A DNA stretch of 64,000 nt from Candidatus Methanophagaceae archaeon (GTDB taxonomy: Archaea > Halobacteriota > Syntropharchaeia > Alkanophagales > Methanospirareceae): positions 3,981 through 67,980 of the forward strand of contig PQXC01000006.1 in assembly GCA_003194435.1 (NCBI GenBank). Direction: 5' to 3'. The translations under genes and the position numbers were made by a program. This document shows positions 49,661-60,033 of the stretch, in pieces. The first letter of the stretch is position 1. Each line of letters starts with the position of its first letter. The notes below the pieces were generated by a model that was not told the DNA's origin, did not search any database, and worked only from the letters and a program-made list of their open reading frames with translations.

Positions 49661-52600
49661 TACCATGCTACATGCCCCCAGTTTGCTCCTATTATAACGG
49701 CGTCGAGGATGTTTATCACGCAATCGTTGTTCAGGTCTGCTTTGTCTTTCTGCAGGTCATCCCACAGATAACCCTCACAGTTGTCACAAGGGTTCGTTGT
49801 AGAACAATGTTCACCCCAGTGCTTTCCTACGTACACTGCATCCAGGATATTCACCCTGCCGTCTCCGTTCGCATCCCCTGCTATGTAAACGGTAACATCA
49901 AAGGAAGTTGAGTTGCTCATTTCCGGGCATCCGTCATCTGTCACCGTTAATACCGCACTGAATAGCACGTAATCTCCATTTGGGTTACCGAATGGTTCCC
50001 ACTGCCATGACTTATATTTGTGCTCTTTGCAAGCGCATCCGTTTAGGTTACCACCTTCACTGGTTCCATACTGCCCGTCACCGAACGCGAACCGGATATA
50101 CGAGATGTTGCCACCTTTATTACCGAAATCCGGGTCCCATGAGCACGAGCATATAGTCGTGTTGCACGGATATTTCTTTGCCACGTTGTTGTACCGGTGC
50201 TTTGATACTGCAATTGCAATTGGTGGTGTGTTGTGGGAAATTGTGACGGTGCCATTAAAGATGTTTATTTGGTCGTACGATTCGTCTGTGTCAGGATTGA
50301 CAATGATCACATCACTGAGGTTGAGGTTAGCGAGTGATTCGCGTTCCCCAATTGCGGTGAACTGAATAGTTGCCACGGTGCCCTTTTCATTTACACCGCT
50401 CTCCCCTATTCTCGTCTCTGCGTATGAAATCTCGCCCGTGGCATGGTCTATGCTATTGGTGACCACGATTGTCTCACCGGAAAGACCGAGGAAAGGTCCT
50501 TTTGTCTGCGTCTCTGCTCTTACTACACTGGTGTTATAATGGAGATAATACTGGACACCATAGACCGAGTTCCCGTGAGGGTCAACCGTTATGTTCACGT
50601 CAAACTGGTCTTGTGGTTGAACAGTAACATTATTTGGTTCAACACTTATTTCAACGAGTACTCCTCTCACGGTTATAGTGATATTCTCGAAGTCAGTTAG
50701 TTCGCCATCGGTGACCTCGAAATGCACATCGTGATAGATACCTGCCTGTCCGAAAGTGGGCGTCCATGCGAATCTTCTCGTGCTCGGGTCAAAAGTTGCC
50801 CCAGGGGGCAGGTTGGATGCGGAGTATATCAGTGCATCGCCATCAGGGTCGGTAGCATGGATAGTAAATGCGAGCAAAGAATTCTCGTTAGCGAGCTTGT
50901 CTCCTATTTCTTCGAGCACCGGAGCACGGTTGACGTTATTCACTGTAATCCGCACGGTCTCATTATCAGTTCCACCTTTGCCATCGTTAACGCCAAAATC
51001 CACGTGATAAACACCGGCATCGTCATATGAAGGCATCCAGTGCCCGATACCAGTTGAAGGATTGAAATCAGCGAACAAATCCGTGCGGTTGCAATAATAG
51101 GTGAGCGTGTCACCATCCAGGTCGGTTGCATTAAGAGCAATCATGAGAGTTTCATTCTCGTTTATTCCTGTATCGCCAATGGGAGCGAGTTCAGGCGGTC
51201 TGTTCACATCGTTCACCGTTATCTTAATAGTTTTGTTATCAATCCCGCCTTTAGCGTCGCTAACGCCGAACTCAATGTAGTAAATGCCTGCGTCGTCATA
51301 ATCGGTAATCCAGTGCCCGATACCTGTTGAAGGCTTGAAATCGGCGAATAAATCCGTGCGATTGCATGAATATGTAAGCGTATCACGGTCGAGGTCGGTT
51401 GCATTCACATCTATCGTTAGCGTTTCACATTCATTTATTTCTCGGTCTCCTACGGGTTCGAGTTCCGGTGGTCTATTTTCATTTTTCACGGTTATCTTCA
51501 CCGTCTCGTTATCAATCCCGCCTTTGCCGTCTGAAACACCGAAATCAACGCAGTAAGTGCCTGCATCGTCGTAGTCGGTAGTCCAGTGTCCGATGCCCGT
51601 TTCCACGTTGAAATCAGTGAACAGGTCCGTGCGGTTGCATGAATAAGTGAGTGAATCACCGTCAGGGTCGGTTGCATTAACGTCAATCGTTAGCATTTCC
51701 GTTTCATTCAGTTCCACATCTGCAACAGGTTCAAGTTCAGGTGCCCGGTTCACGTTATTTACCACAATCGTGATGTCTTCGTAATCGGTTAATTCACCGT
51801 CGCTGACCTCGAAGTGGACATCGTGATATGTCTCCGACTGTTCAAAAGAAGGAGTCCACGAGAATGTCCTCGTGTCCGGGTTGAAGGTTGCACCATCAGG
51901 TAGATTCGATGCTGAATATGTCAGTGTGTCGCCATCAGGGTCGGTGGCGTTTATCGTGAATTCGAGCAGTTCGCTCTCGTTCACCGCTTTGTCGCCTATC
52001 TGCTCAAGAACAGGCGGTCTGTTCGTGCCACCTACCACGATTGTAATGTTCTCCCAGTCGCACAATTCGCCGTCGCTGACCTCGAAGTGCACGTCATGAT
52101 ATATCCCCTCCTGCTCAAAAGAAGGAGTCCACGAGAATGTTCTCGTGTTGGGGTCGAAACTCGCTCCCTCTGGGAGATTCGATGCTGAATATGTCAGTGT
52201 GTCGCCATCAGGGTCAGTGGCGTTTATCATGAATTCGAGCAGTTCGCTTTCATTTACCATCTTATCGCCTATTGGTTCAAGAACAGGTGGTCGGTTCTTG
52301 TTATGAACGATTATTTTTACTGTCTCGTTATCAATTCCGCCTTTACCATCAGAAACACCGAAATCAACGTAATAGGTACCTGCATCATCATAATCAGCAG
52401 TCCAGTGTCCAATGCCGATAGCAGTATCGAAATCAATGAACAGGTCTGTACGGTTGCATGAATAGGTGAGCGTATCATGGTCGGGGTCGGTAGCATCAAC
52501 ATCAATCATAAGCGTTTCGCTTTCGTTTAGTTCTCTGTCGCCAACGGGTTTAAGCACTGGCGGTCTGTTCACATCGTTTACCGTTATCTTAATGGTCTCG

Positions 52601-54591
52601 TTATCAATCCCACCTTTACCATCAGAGACGCCAAAGTCAACATAGTATGTGCCTGCGTCGTTATAATCAGGGGTCCAGTGCCCGATACCAGTTGAAGGGT
52701 TAAAATCAGTGAATAAATCTGTTCGATTGCAGGAATAAACAAGCACATCATTGTCGGGGTCGGTTGCATTCACATCTACCGTGAGCGTTTCATTCTCATC
52801 AATTGTTCTATCACCTACTGATTCAAGCACTGGCGGTCTGTTCACATCTTTCACCATTATCTTAATGGTCTCGTTATCAGTCCCACCTTTACCATCAGAG
52901 ACGCCAAAGTCAACATAGTATGTGCCTGCATCGTTATAATCAGGGGTCCAGTGCCCGATGCCCGTTAAGGAGTCAAAATCAGTGAATAAATCGGTTCGAT
53001 TGCAGGAATAAACAAGCACATCGTTGTCGGGGTCGGTTGCATTCACATCCACCGTGAGTGTTTCATTCTCATCAATTGTTCTATCACCTATTGATTCAAG
53101 CACCGGCGGTCTGTTCACATCATTCACCGTTATCTTCACGGTCTCATTGTCGCTGAATTCACCATCAGAAACGCCGAAATCCACATGATAAACACCAGCA
53201 TCGTCATAGGAGGGTGTCCAGCTCCAGAGAGTGGCAGTGCCGTTGATGGGTGTAAAAGCGCCAAATGAGGCGTTACTGCTGAATGTTAGCACGTCTCCAT
53301 CGGGGTCGGATGCGGTAATCGTTATATTAAGGGCAAAGCCCTCGTCAACGGTTCTGGGACCGATGGGATTGAGCACTGGCGGCATATTAACATCAAAAGC
53401 ATATAGCTTACCGCCACAGGTTCCGATATAGAGAGTGCCATCGGATGCTATTGCGGGCGAAGAATAACAGATTATCCCGGTGTTATATCTCCACAGAAGC
53501 GAGCCATCAGGGTTTATTGCATAAACATACCCATCTTGTGAGCCTACATAGATGATACCGGAGGCATCAATTGCAGGTGATGAGCTTATGCCGCCGTCAG
53601 TGGTATAAGTCCATTTAAGCGAGCCATCGGGATTTATTGCATATAATTTCCTGTCGCACGAGCCGACGTAAATAGTGCCGTCAGAACCAATAGCAGGTGA
53701 CGATACAATCCAGCAGCCTGTTGGATATGTCCACTTAAGTGTGCCATCGGGATTTATTGCATATAATTTCCTGTCATACGAGCCGACGTAAATAGTGCCG
53801 TCAGAGCCGATGGCAGGCGAGGACTTTGTCATCCCGACGGTATATTTCCATTTGAGCGAGCCGTCAGGATTTATTGCATATAGTTTTCTATCAAACGAAC
53901 CTATATAGATGGTGCCGTCAGAGCCAACAGCTGGTGAGGATTGGATTGAACATCCTGTCTGATAACTCCATTTAAGACTGCCATCAGGGTTTATTGCGTA
54001 CAGTTTTCCATTGTTATTGCCTATATAAATAGTGCCATCAGGGGCTATAGCAGGCGATGTGAGGACGAAGCCCCTGGATTTTTTCCACTTAGAGTCATAG
54101 AACTCCCATTTCTCCGTGCCGTTCGGATACAGAGCATATAATCTGCGATTCCAGCATCCTACGTATATCGTGCCATCCGAAGCTACCGCTGGTGTGGAAT
54201 CAATGTAATCAACCAGGCCATGATAAAAATAAAGAGGGGGCGACCAGTGCCATTTCTCCGTGCCATCCGGGTTAATAGCATACAATCTCGAGCGAGTATA
54301 CCAGTGCCAGCCGCTTGTGCCTATGTATATTGTCTCGTCTGGAGCTATTGTTGCAGAACTAAATATCCCTCTACCTCCTCCGGTATAAAATGTCCATTTC
54401 ACCGTTGCCGTGTTTGGTCCGTAATAGGGACTTAACCCTGTGTGGCTCAGGTCATGATGGAACATGGGCCATGGCGAAGAGGCGAGTTGAGCAGTAGCTG
54501 CTGGAGTTACTGACCACAAGATTACACAGATTGCCAGGAGATTACCAAAAGAACTTTTTCTCGCGAAATCTCGTGGTTTTTTATCTCTCAT
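49660..54591 (-). CDS. Large secreted protein: PQQ-like beta-propeller + about 10 cadherin/Ig-like repeats + cohesin + PKD + dockerin
   Basis: SSPAIGSDGTIYVGS...LYAINPDG.LKW repeats; NRPPVL...ATDPD repeats; GDANGDGRVNILDA. Confidence 0.88.
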   Translation of the reverse strand: MRDKKPRDFARKSSFGNLLAICVILWSVTPAATAQLASSPWPMFHHDLSHTGLSPYYGPNTATVKWTFYTGGGRGIFSSATIAPDETIYIGTSGWHWYTRSRLYAINPDGTEKWHWSPPLYFYHGLVDYIDSTPAVASDGTIYVGCWNRRLYALYPNGTEKWEFYDSKWKKSRGFVLTSPAIAPDGTIYIGNNNGKLYAINPDGSLKWSYQTGCSIQSSPAVGSDGTIYIGSFDRKLYAINPDGSLKWKYTVGMTKSSPAIGSDGTIYVGSYDRKLYAINPDGTLKWTYPTGCWIVSSPAIGSDGTIYVGSCDRKLYAINPDGSLKWTYTTDGGISSSPAIDASGIIYVGSQDGYVYAINPDGSLLWRYNTGIICYSSPAIASDGTLYIGTCGGKLYAFDVNMPPVLNPIGPRTVDEGFALNITITASDPDGDVLTFSSNASFGAFTPINGTATLWSWTPSYDDAGVYHVDFGVSDGEFSDNETVKITVNDVNRPPVLESIGDRTIDENETLTVDVNATDPDNDVLVYSCNRTDLFTDFDSLTGIGHWTPDYNDAGTYYVDFGVSDGKGGTDNETIKIMVKDVNRPPVLESVGDRTIDENETLTVDVNATDPDNDVLVYSCNRTDLFTDFNPSTGIGHWTPDYNDAGTYYVDFGVSDGKGGIDNETIKITVNDVNRPPVLKPVGDRELNESETLMIDVDATDPDHDTLTYSCNRTDLFIDFDTAIGIGHWTADYDDAGTYYVDFGVSDGKGGIDNETVKIIVHNKNRPPVLEPIGDKMVNESELLEFMINATDPDGDTLTYSASNLPEGASFDPNTRTFSWTPSFEQEGIYHDVHFEVSDGELCDWENITIVVGGTNRPPVLEQIGDKAVNESELLEFTINATDPDGDTLTYSASNLPDGATFNPDTRTFSWTPSFEQSETYHDVHFEVSDGELTDYEDITIVVNNVNRAPELEPVADVELNETEMLTIDVNATDPDGDSLTYSCNRTDLFTDFNVETGIGHWTTDYDDAGTYCVDFGVSDGKGGIDNETVKITVKNENRPPELEPVGDREINECETLTIDVNATDLDRDTLTYSCNRTDLFADFKPSTGIGHWITDYDDAGIYYIEFGVSDAKGGIDNKTIKITVNDVNRPPELAPIGDTGINENETLMIALNATDLDGDTLTYYCNRTDLFADFNPSTGIGHWMPSYDDAGVYHVDFGVNDGKGGTDNETVRITVNNVNRAPVLEEIGDKLANENSLLAFTIHATDPDGDALIYSASNLPPGATFDPSTRRFAWTPTFGQAGIYHDVHFEVTDGELTDFENITITVRGVLVEISVEPNNVTVQPQDQFDVNITVDPHGNSVYGVQYYLHYNTSVVRAETQTKGPFLGLSGETIVVTNSIDHATGEISYAETRIGESGVNEKGTVATIQFTAIGERESLANLNLSDVIIVNPDTDESYDQINIFNGTVTISHNTPPIAIAVSKHRYNNVAKKYPCNTTICSCSWDPDFGNKGGNISYIRFAFGDGQYGTSEGGNLNGCACKEHKYKSWQWEPFGNPNGDYVLFSAVLTVTDDGCPEMSNSTSFDVTVYIAGDANGDGRVNILDAVYVGKHWGEHCSTTNPCDNCEGYLWDDLQKDKADLNNDCVINILDAVIIGANWGHVAW

Positions 54592-55028
54592 TCTTCACCC
54601 TCCCATTCATCAACCACTGCGGTTATGGTTTCCACCTCCTCACTCAATCCGGTTGTTTGCGAAGTAGCATTCACGAGCACGGAATAGGGACCTGTAATAA
54701 AGTCATCAGTGACGTTCAGTATTACCGTTCCGCTCTGTCCAGCATCAAGGGTTATTTCTGATTGACTCAGCGAGGCAACACTGGCATTATCGGGATTAAT
54801 TGCAGAGAGATTGAAAGTGTCAGTTTCATTTCCGATATTCTTAATTGTAATCAGGTAGGTTGCATTGCTTCCTAAAGTTGTGGTCTGCGTGATAGTATTT
54901 ACCGTGAGAAAATCATCGGATGCAAACTCCCCAATAATCGCTGGTATTGCTACTGCTATTGTGCATACCATTGCAATGCACACCAATGCGAGGATGCTTT
55001 TTTTTCTTTTTTTCATTTTTCCTTTCAT
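54588..55028 (-). CDS. Small secreted Ig-like protein
   Basis: Signal peptide; ATYLITIKNIGNETDTFNL; stop/start overlaps with both neighbours. Confidence 0.65.
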   Translation of the reverse strand: MKGKMKKRKKSILALVCIAMVCTIAVAIPAIIGEFASDDFLTVNTITQTTTLGSNATYLITIKNIGNETDTFNLSAINPDNASVASLSQSEITLDAGQSGTVILNVTDDFITGPYSVLVNATSQTTGLSEEVETITAVVDEWEGEE

Positions 55029-55813
55029 CCGCAGCAGCAATTTAACCCCCAACCCGGAGCCCCAACTATGTAAGCACGAAGTGTTACGTAATCCATAGAA
55101 TCTATTTTTGTATTGCAGTCAACGTCCGCTGCCCATTCACTGGTTATTGTCCAACCCGGAGCTCCAACTACGTAAGCACGAAGTGTTACGTAATCCATAG
55201 AGTCTACTTTTCCATTTCCATCTACATCACCGCACATACCTATTCTCACGCTTCCATTGCTAACATTGGTCAAGATAGGATAACCATCAGGGTCGCTTAA
55301 GATGACGCCCTCCAGGTCGCTAAGGTGAAGCCCACTGAGTCCACGTTCAGCAATCGCTTGAAATGTAATTGTTGTAAGCACACCTGAAGTGTTCACGCCG
55401 CTCGTTGTTTTCTTCCGTGATTCAGCATACTCGACCTTGCCAAGGGTATTATTTATTTCGTCTACCCATAGATATGTCTCAGCACCATCCTGACTGAGAA
55501 ATGTGCCTTGGGTAAGTCCAGTTGCGTTCAACAGCGTATTATTAAAATACAGCGTGTAGCTGGCACCATATACTTCACTTCCTTCCGGATAGACGATAAT
55601 ATCAACGGTAAAATTCTCACCCGGGGGAACCTCTAAATACGCTGGTTCAACACTTATCTGCGCTGCCAATGCCGACTGCGCAAAGACACACAATGTCAAT
55701 GCTATCGCAGCAATAATTAAGCCTGTTCCTGTTCTTACTCCTGCTCCTTCTACACTACGCGTACAATTTTCCACTCCTTTTTTTCTTCTTTCTTCTTCCT
55801 TTTTTTCTTTCAT
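55025..55813 (-). CDS. Cohesin-dockerin adaptor protein
   Basis: One cohesin near-identical to those at 41-42 kb, plus dockerin GDVDGNGKVDSMD / ADVDCNTKIDSMD. Confidence 0.85.
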   Translation of the reverse strand: MKEKKEEERRKKGVENCTRSVEGAGVRTGTGLIIAAIALTLCVFAQSALAAQISVEPAYLEVPPGENFTVDIIVYPEGSEVYGASYTLYFNNTLLNATGLTQGTFLSQDGAETYLWVDEINNTLGKVEYAESRKKTTSGVNTSGVLTTITFQAIAERGLSGLHLSDLEGVILSDPDGYPILTNVSNGSVRIGMCGDVDGNGKVDSMDYVTLRAYVVGAPGWTITSEWAADVDCNTKIDSMDYVTLRAYIVGAPGWGLNCCCG

Positions 55814-55875
55814 TTTTTCTACTTTTCACCTCCTAACAAGCATTTAAAGAATTTGACTCACAACTTCGGCTGCTC

Positions 55876-56094
55876 ATGCCAAAACTGAATGAGTCCAGTG
55901 GCGAAATAAAAGCCATACACACTCGCATAGAAGGTGTGGAGAAGGAAATCGGGGGTTTGAGGAGAGAAATGATGACAAAGTTTGAAGCGGTGGATTCAAG
56001 GTTCGACACGCCGGAAGCGAAGATACCAGTGATGGAGAAGATGGCAGAGTTTAAAGTCCGTCTTGCTGAGCTTGAGAAGAAAGTAACTGCATAG
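55876..56094 (+). CDS. Short coiled-coil protein or fragment
   Basis: Heptad-like sequence; opposite strand to the cluster. Confidence 0.35.
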   Translation: MPKLNESSGEIKAIHTRIEGVEKEIGGLRREMMTKFEAVDSRFDTPEAKIPVMEKMAEFKVRLAELEKKVTA

Positions 56095-56412
56095 TGCTTA
56101 GGATTTGGCAGTTGGGATTTAGAAATTACGCCAATAGGCGTTTGACGGATGCAGGATGCCGGATACATGATACATGTTTGACTTGCATCTTCACAACTTG
56201 TGGAATTTGAAGTCGAAAGCGAAGAGAAACTGTCCCCAGTTAAAGTTCTATCGCCCAGAGAAGTTTTAAAACTACTATAAGAATTATTTCCTTTGGCGCG
56301 TTTTTCCTTCAGATCCCCGCTTTTTTTCCCGTTCTTCTTCATACTTTAGTCCTACTCCTTTGCATTTTACGTTTTATATTTTGCTCTTTGCATTTTTTAT
56401 TGTTTATCGTGT

Positions 56413-56486
56413 CCCCGAAAAAAGAAAAAAGGGGGAAAAAATTTTTTATTTTTGTTTCTTTATTCCCTATTGGCTATTGCCTATTC
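56413..56486 (-). terminator. Repeated intergenic U-rich element, copy 2
   Basis: CCCCGAAAAAAGAAAAAAGGGGGAAAAAATTTTTTATTTTT, then CCCTATTGGCTATTGCCTATT. Confidence 0.55.
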
Positions 56487-56494
56487 ACTAATCG

Positions 56495-59400
56495 CTACCA
56501 GGCGACGTGTCCCCAGTTCGCACCGATGATTACCGCATCCAGGATGTTTATCACGCAATCGTTGTTCAGGTCCGCTCCATCCTGCTGCTCACGGTCTCCA
56601 GTCCAGTAATAACAACATCGTCCAGGTTCTGGATATCCTGGGTCATCACACCTCTTGCCCCAGTGTTTTCCTACCCATACTGCATCGAGGATGTTCACCC
56701 TGCCATCTCCATTCGCATCTCCTGCGATGTAAACAGTTACATCCAGGAAGCTCGAGTTGGTCTCCTCCGGGCATCCGTCGTCTGTCAGTGTTAAGGTGGC
56801 ATTGAATGGCACGTAGTGTCCACCTTCATTATATGGAACGCCCCATGGCTCCCACTGCCATGACTCATACTTATGCTCTTTCTGGCAGCCCTCGCATTCT
56901 GCTCCTGTGCAGTTCTCAATAAACTCGCCTTCGCTCGTTCCGTATTGACCGTCACCGAAGTCCCATCTGACATAAGAGATATTGCCGCCTTTGCCCTCAT
57001 CCGGGTCATAAGACTTGCAAGCGCATAGTTTTGTAATGCACGGATATTTCTTTGCCACGTTGTTCACACGATGCTTTGAGGTTGGAATTGGAACTGGTGG
57101 TCTGTTGTCATTTATCTTGACTGTGCCATCTTCGACACAGACATTGCATACCTCTTGCTTATCTTCGTCAACAATGATTATGTCAAGATCAAGCAGGTCT
57201 AACGGACTTACTGCGCCACGTGCACCGATTGCGGTAAACTGAATGGTTGCGACTGTGCCTTCTCCTTTTACACCGCCATCAACCTTTCTCGTCTCAGCAT
57301 AAGAAACTTTGCCGTTCGCCTGGTCTATGTCGTTTATGACCACGATTGTATCGCTGTAATTACCGAGGAAAGGACCTTTGTTCTGCGTCTCCGCTCTTAC
57401 CACGCTCGTGTTATACGTCAAGTAATACTCGACACCATATATTGGCCAGCCGGAAGAAACGTTTATCATTACATCGAACTGGTCCTGAGGCTGGACAATC
57501 GTTGCGTTGGGTTCAACGCTTATCGTCGCAGTGCATTTCGTATCCTTCTCAACAATCAGGATTGCATTGGTCGCCATGAAGCCGTTGCCATAGGGTCTGC
57601 CGTATGCCCAATAGTACGAGTCCCTCTCCTGGAACTCCGCCACCTCTGGATTGCATGGGTCATTCGCCTGTAGTTCACTTGTTACATTCCACGAATCTGT
57701 GCCTATCTCATAATTGGGTGCCGTAGGCCACACTGGTGACTTACTCGCGCCGTTGAAATAAAGGGTTTCTTCTTTGGATTCTGGTGGTTTATACGGTGGT
57801 TCTGGATTTGCGTATAGCGTGGCAGTGAACAGTGTAGCGTTCATTATCTCTTCTGGTGGATTGTCTATACATGGGAATGTTGCAGTCGTGGTTGCATTAT
57901 CAGGGTGGACATAGTACTGCCAGTAGTGACCTCCTGAGTCCTTGTAGTAGAAGGTAGCAAGATAATCAGCTCCTTCATCTATGTAGTATTCGATGTGCGG
58001 CACGCTTGGATCCTCGTACACGATCAGCAGAGCCATTCCAGCAGTTTTTCCTTTTCCCCATGCGTATGGGATAGTCCTATTTGCAGTGTAAACCCCCGCT
58101 CCCGGGTTCACATACTCTGTCACATCGAACGCGAGCATTCCGTTTTGATATTCGTCCATTGTGGTAAATCCTTTCGTATCTGCATAAGAAGCGTCTACCG
58201 AAATTGGATTGCCGTTAAATGTCATCCCAAAGTCAGGTACTGCACCATAGTCCTTCCACTTGTACCAATCGTAGTACACGTACAGCCTTGCCAGCTTTAT
58301 AGTTGCAGTATCCGGAATGTTTGCCGTAGTATTGGTAATCCTGTTGAGGTCTCCTGGAAGAGTAAAGTGCACTGTGTCGTTGCCGCGTTTGTAGTCTCCT
58401 GTTGTGTAGATGAGACTTCTGTTGCATGCACCTTTTATCACTGTATCCATTGGGTGCTGTCCTTGATACCCGTAGCATGTATGCGGCAGCATATCGTCAA
58501 CTATGCAATCTCCTGTTGTGTTCCTAGTCTCATTCCTCATGTTGTTAGTCTCGTCCATCTCGTCAATGTCATCATCACAGTCTGCGGTTGCAGTCAGTGT
58601 GACGTTCTCTAACACCGTAGGATGCCACCAACCCATTCTCACCTCTACTTCTTCGCCTTTTGCTATTGGGAGACTGGTTGTATTCTTTGCGATAAAGCCA
58701 CCGCCACCCGTTATACTTAAGCTCGTATTACCCGTAAAACCATCGTTTTGACCTACGTTCTTTACCCAGACGGTCATCATGTTATGCTTGGATTCAAATA
58801 CATACCTGGGGTCTATTCGAGTCACTATCAAGTCCGGAGCACCCACAATTACAGATGCTTCGTCTTCATCAGAAACCACGACTCCCGTTTCCTCGCATAT
58901 CCCCGTTGCATTCTGAACATTGCAATCCCTGCCAGTATCTACGATTGTGGCATTGAATATGAGGGTTATAGTGTTGCATGGCGGAAGAGGACCTGCGAAG
59001 TTCCATCTGACACTTCTGTTGTCGGGGCTTACATAATTCGGAGCAGGACCTGCTACCATTCCACTGAAGTTCAAGCCTGTCATGTTGTCCCAGATAACGA
59101 GATTAGTAAGGTTGCAGCATTTTACATGGACTGTTGTCTTAAAGGTCACGTTGGTGCCTATTTCAGTTATATCTTTGCTAATCTCTTTTACCCATGCCCC
59201 TGTTTCGTTCTTCACATACTTGGTAACTTCAATGGGGTTGCCGCAGGTGAACGTTCCGTTGTCTACTCCAAATGGTACTGGACCACTGACATTATACAGA
59301 CTCATTGTTCCTACATCGAAGAGCAGGTTGCTTACGCAGCAGCCATCGGTGTCGCAGCAGTGAACTGTGAAGTCGCCGAGATGGTAAACACCCGCTGGTT

Positions 59401-59791
59401 GGTTAGTGGGAACAGGTGGAGAACCTGACCAATGAGCGAATATGACTGTCAACCGCCCCGGAGTCTGCGCAACGGGAGCCCACGATTGGTCCTCAAAGTG
59501 TGTAAGGTCTGGTGTGTAACTGGTTATATTCGCACAGCAATGGGTATATGTAATGTTTACAACACCATTCTGTATGGGAACATCAGATTTAACCCACACC
59601 CCTACAGTTGTCGTGTTGCAGTAGTCTGGCACAGTGCTATTGTCCGGCTCCAGGTAATATATGGCATCTTTTCCTGTAGGCACTGGAGGCTGTGCAATTG
59701 AGGCAGGTGCAATCATTGCAAAGATGGAACCGAGCATTATCGCTGCCATCGCCATTCCCATCGCTATCTTACCGCTTTTCTTATTTTCCAT
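56495..59791 (-). CDS. Secreted protein: cohesin-like + DUF11 + CARDB + DUF3344-like + cohesin + PKD + dockerin
   Basis: PDLIVT...ADCDDDIDEMDETNN CARDB; IKLARLYVYYDW...AFDVT...LLIVYED; C-terminal block paralogous to 49660-50650. Confidence 0.8.
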   Translation of the reverse strand: MENKKSGKIAMGMAMAAIMLGSIFAMIAPASIAQPPVPTGKDAIYYLEPDNSTVPDYCNTTTVGVWVKSDVPIQNGVVNITYTHCCANITSYTPDLTHFEDQSWAPVAQTPGRLTVIFAHWSGSPPVPTNQPAGVYHLGDFTVHCCDTDGCCVSNLLFDVGTMSLYNVSGPVPFGVDNGTFTCGNPIEVTKYVKNETGAWVKEISKDITEIGTNVTFKTTVHVKCCNLTNLVIWDNMTGLNFSGMVAGPAPNYVSPDNRSVRWNFAGPLPPCNTITLIFNATIVDTGRDCNVQNATGICEETGVVVSDEDEASVIVGAPDLIVTRIDPRYVFESKHNMMTVWVKNVGQNDGFTGNTSLSITGGGGFIAKNTTSLPIAKGEEVEVRMGWWHPTVLENVTLTATADCDDDIDEMDETNNMRNETRNTTGDCIVDDMLPHTCYGYQGQHPMDTVIKGACNRSLIYTTGDYKRGNDTVHFTLPGDLNRITNTTANIPDTATIKLARLYVYYDWYKWKDYGAVPDFGMTFNGNPISVDASYADTKGFTTMDEYQNGMLAFDVTEYVNPGAGVYTANRTIPYAWGKGKTAGMALLIVYEDPSVPHIEYYIDEGADYLATFYYKDSGGHYWQYYVHPDNATTTATFPCIDNPPEEIMNATLFTATLYANPEPPYKPPESKEETLYFNGASKSPVWPTAPNYEIGTDSWNVTSELQANDPCNPEVAEFQERDSYYWAYGRPYGNGFMATNAILIVEKDTKCTATISVEPNATIVQPQDQFDVMINVSSGWPIYGVEYYLTYNTSVVRAETQNKGPFLGNYSDTIVVINDIDQANGKVSYAETRKVDGGVKGEGTVATIQFTAIGARGAVSPLDLLDLDIIIVDEDKQEVCNVCVEDGTVKINDNRPPVPIPTSKHRVNNVAKKYPCITKLCACKSYDPDEGKGGNISYVRWDFGDGQYGTSEGEFIENCTGAECEGCQKEHKYESWQWEPWGVPYNEGGHYVPFNATLTLTDDGCPEETNSSFLDVTVYIAGDANGDGRVNILDAVWVGKHWGKRCDDPGYPEPGRCCYYWTGDREQQDGADLNNDCVINILDAVIIGANWGHVAW

Positions 59792-60033
59792 TTTTTCTTT
59801 TTCACCTCCTAAGGGGTTATTTATATAGCGCCCCTCCTTGCGCTTTCTTTTTTCTTTCAGCCCCCTCATGGATTTGCACCATGTCAAACGCTTTGCAAGG
59901 GGGCATCCATTTTCTCTCATTTCCTCTCCCGCTTTTCATTTTCTTTTCCCATTTCCTACTTTCTCTGTTCTTCCACTTTCATCTTCTAAAAAGAAATAGG
60001 CAGCTTTGCGCTGCCTGACATTATTTTTCATTA

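Noticed and set aside
41020-55590. Diversity-generating retroelement (TR/VR) explanation for the near-identical cohesin repeats
   Set aside because: No reverse transcriptase in the window, all copies lie in coding genes, and the differences are few and not confined to adenines.
38787-59791. Functional link between cbiD and the DUF3344-like surface proteins (corrinoid or metal uptake)
   Set aside because: Only adjacency supports it; no CobN or transporter genes in the window.
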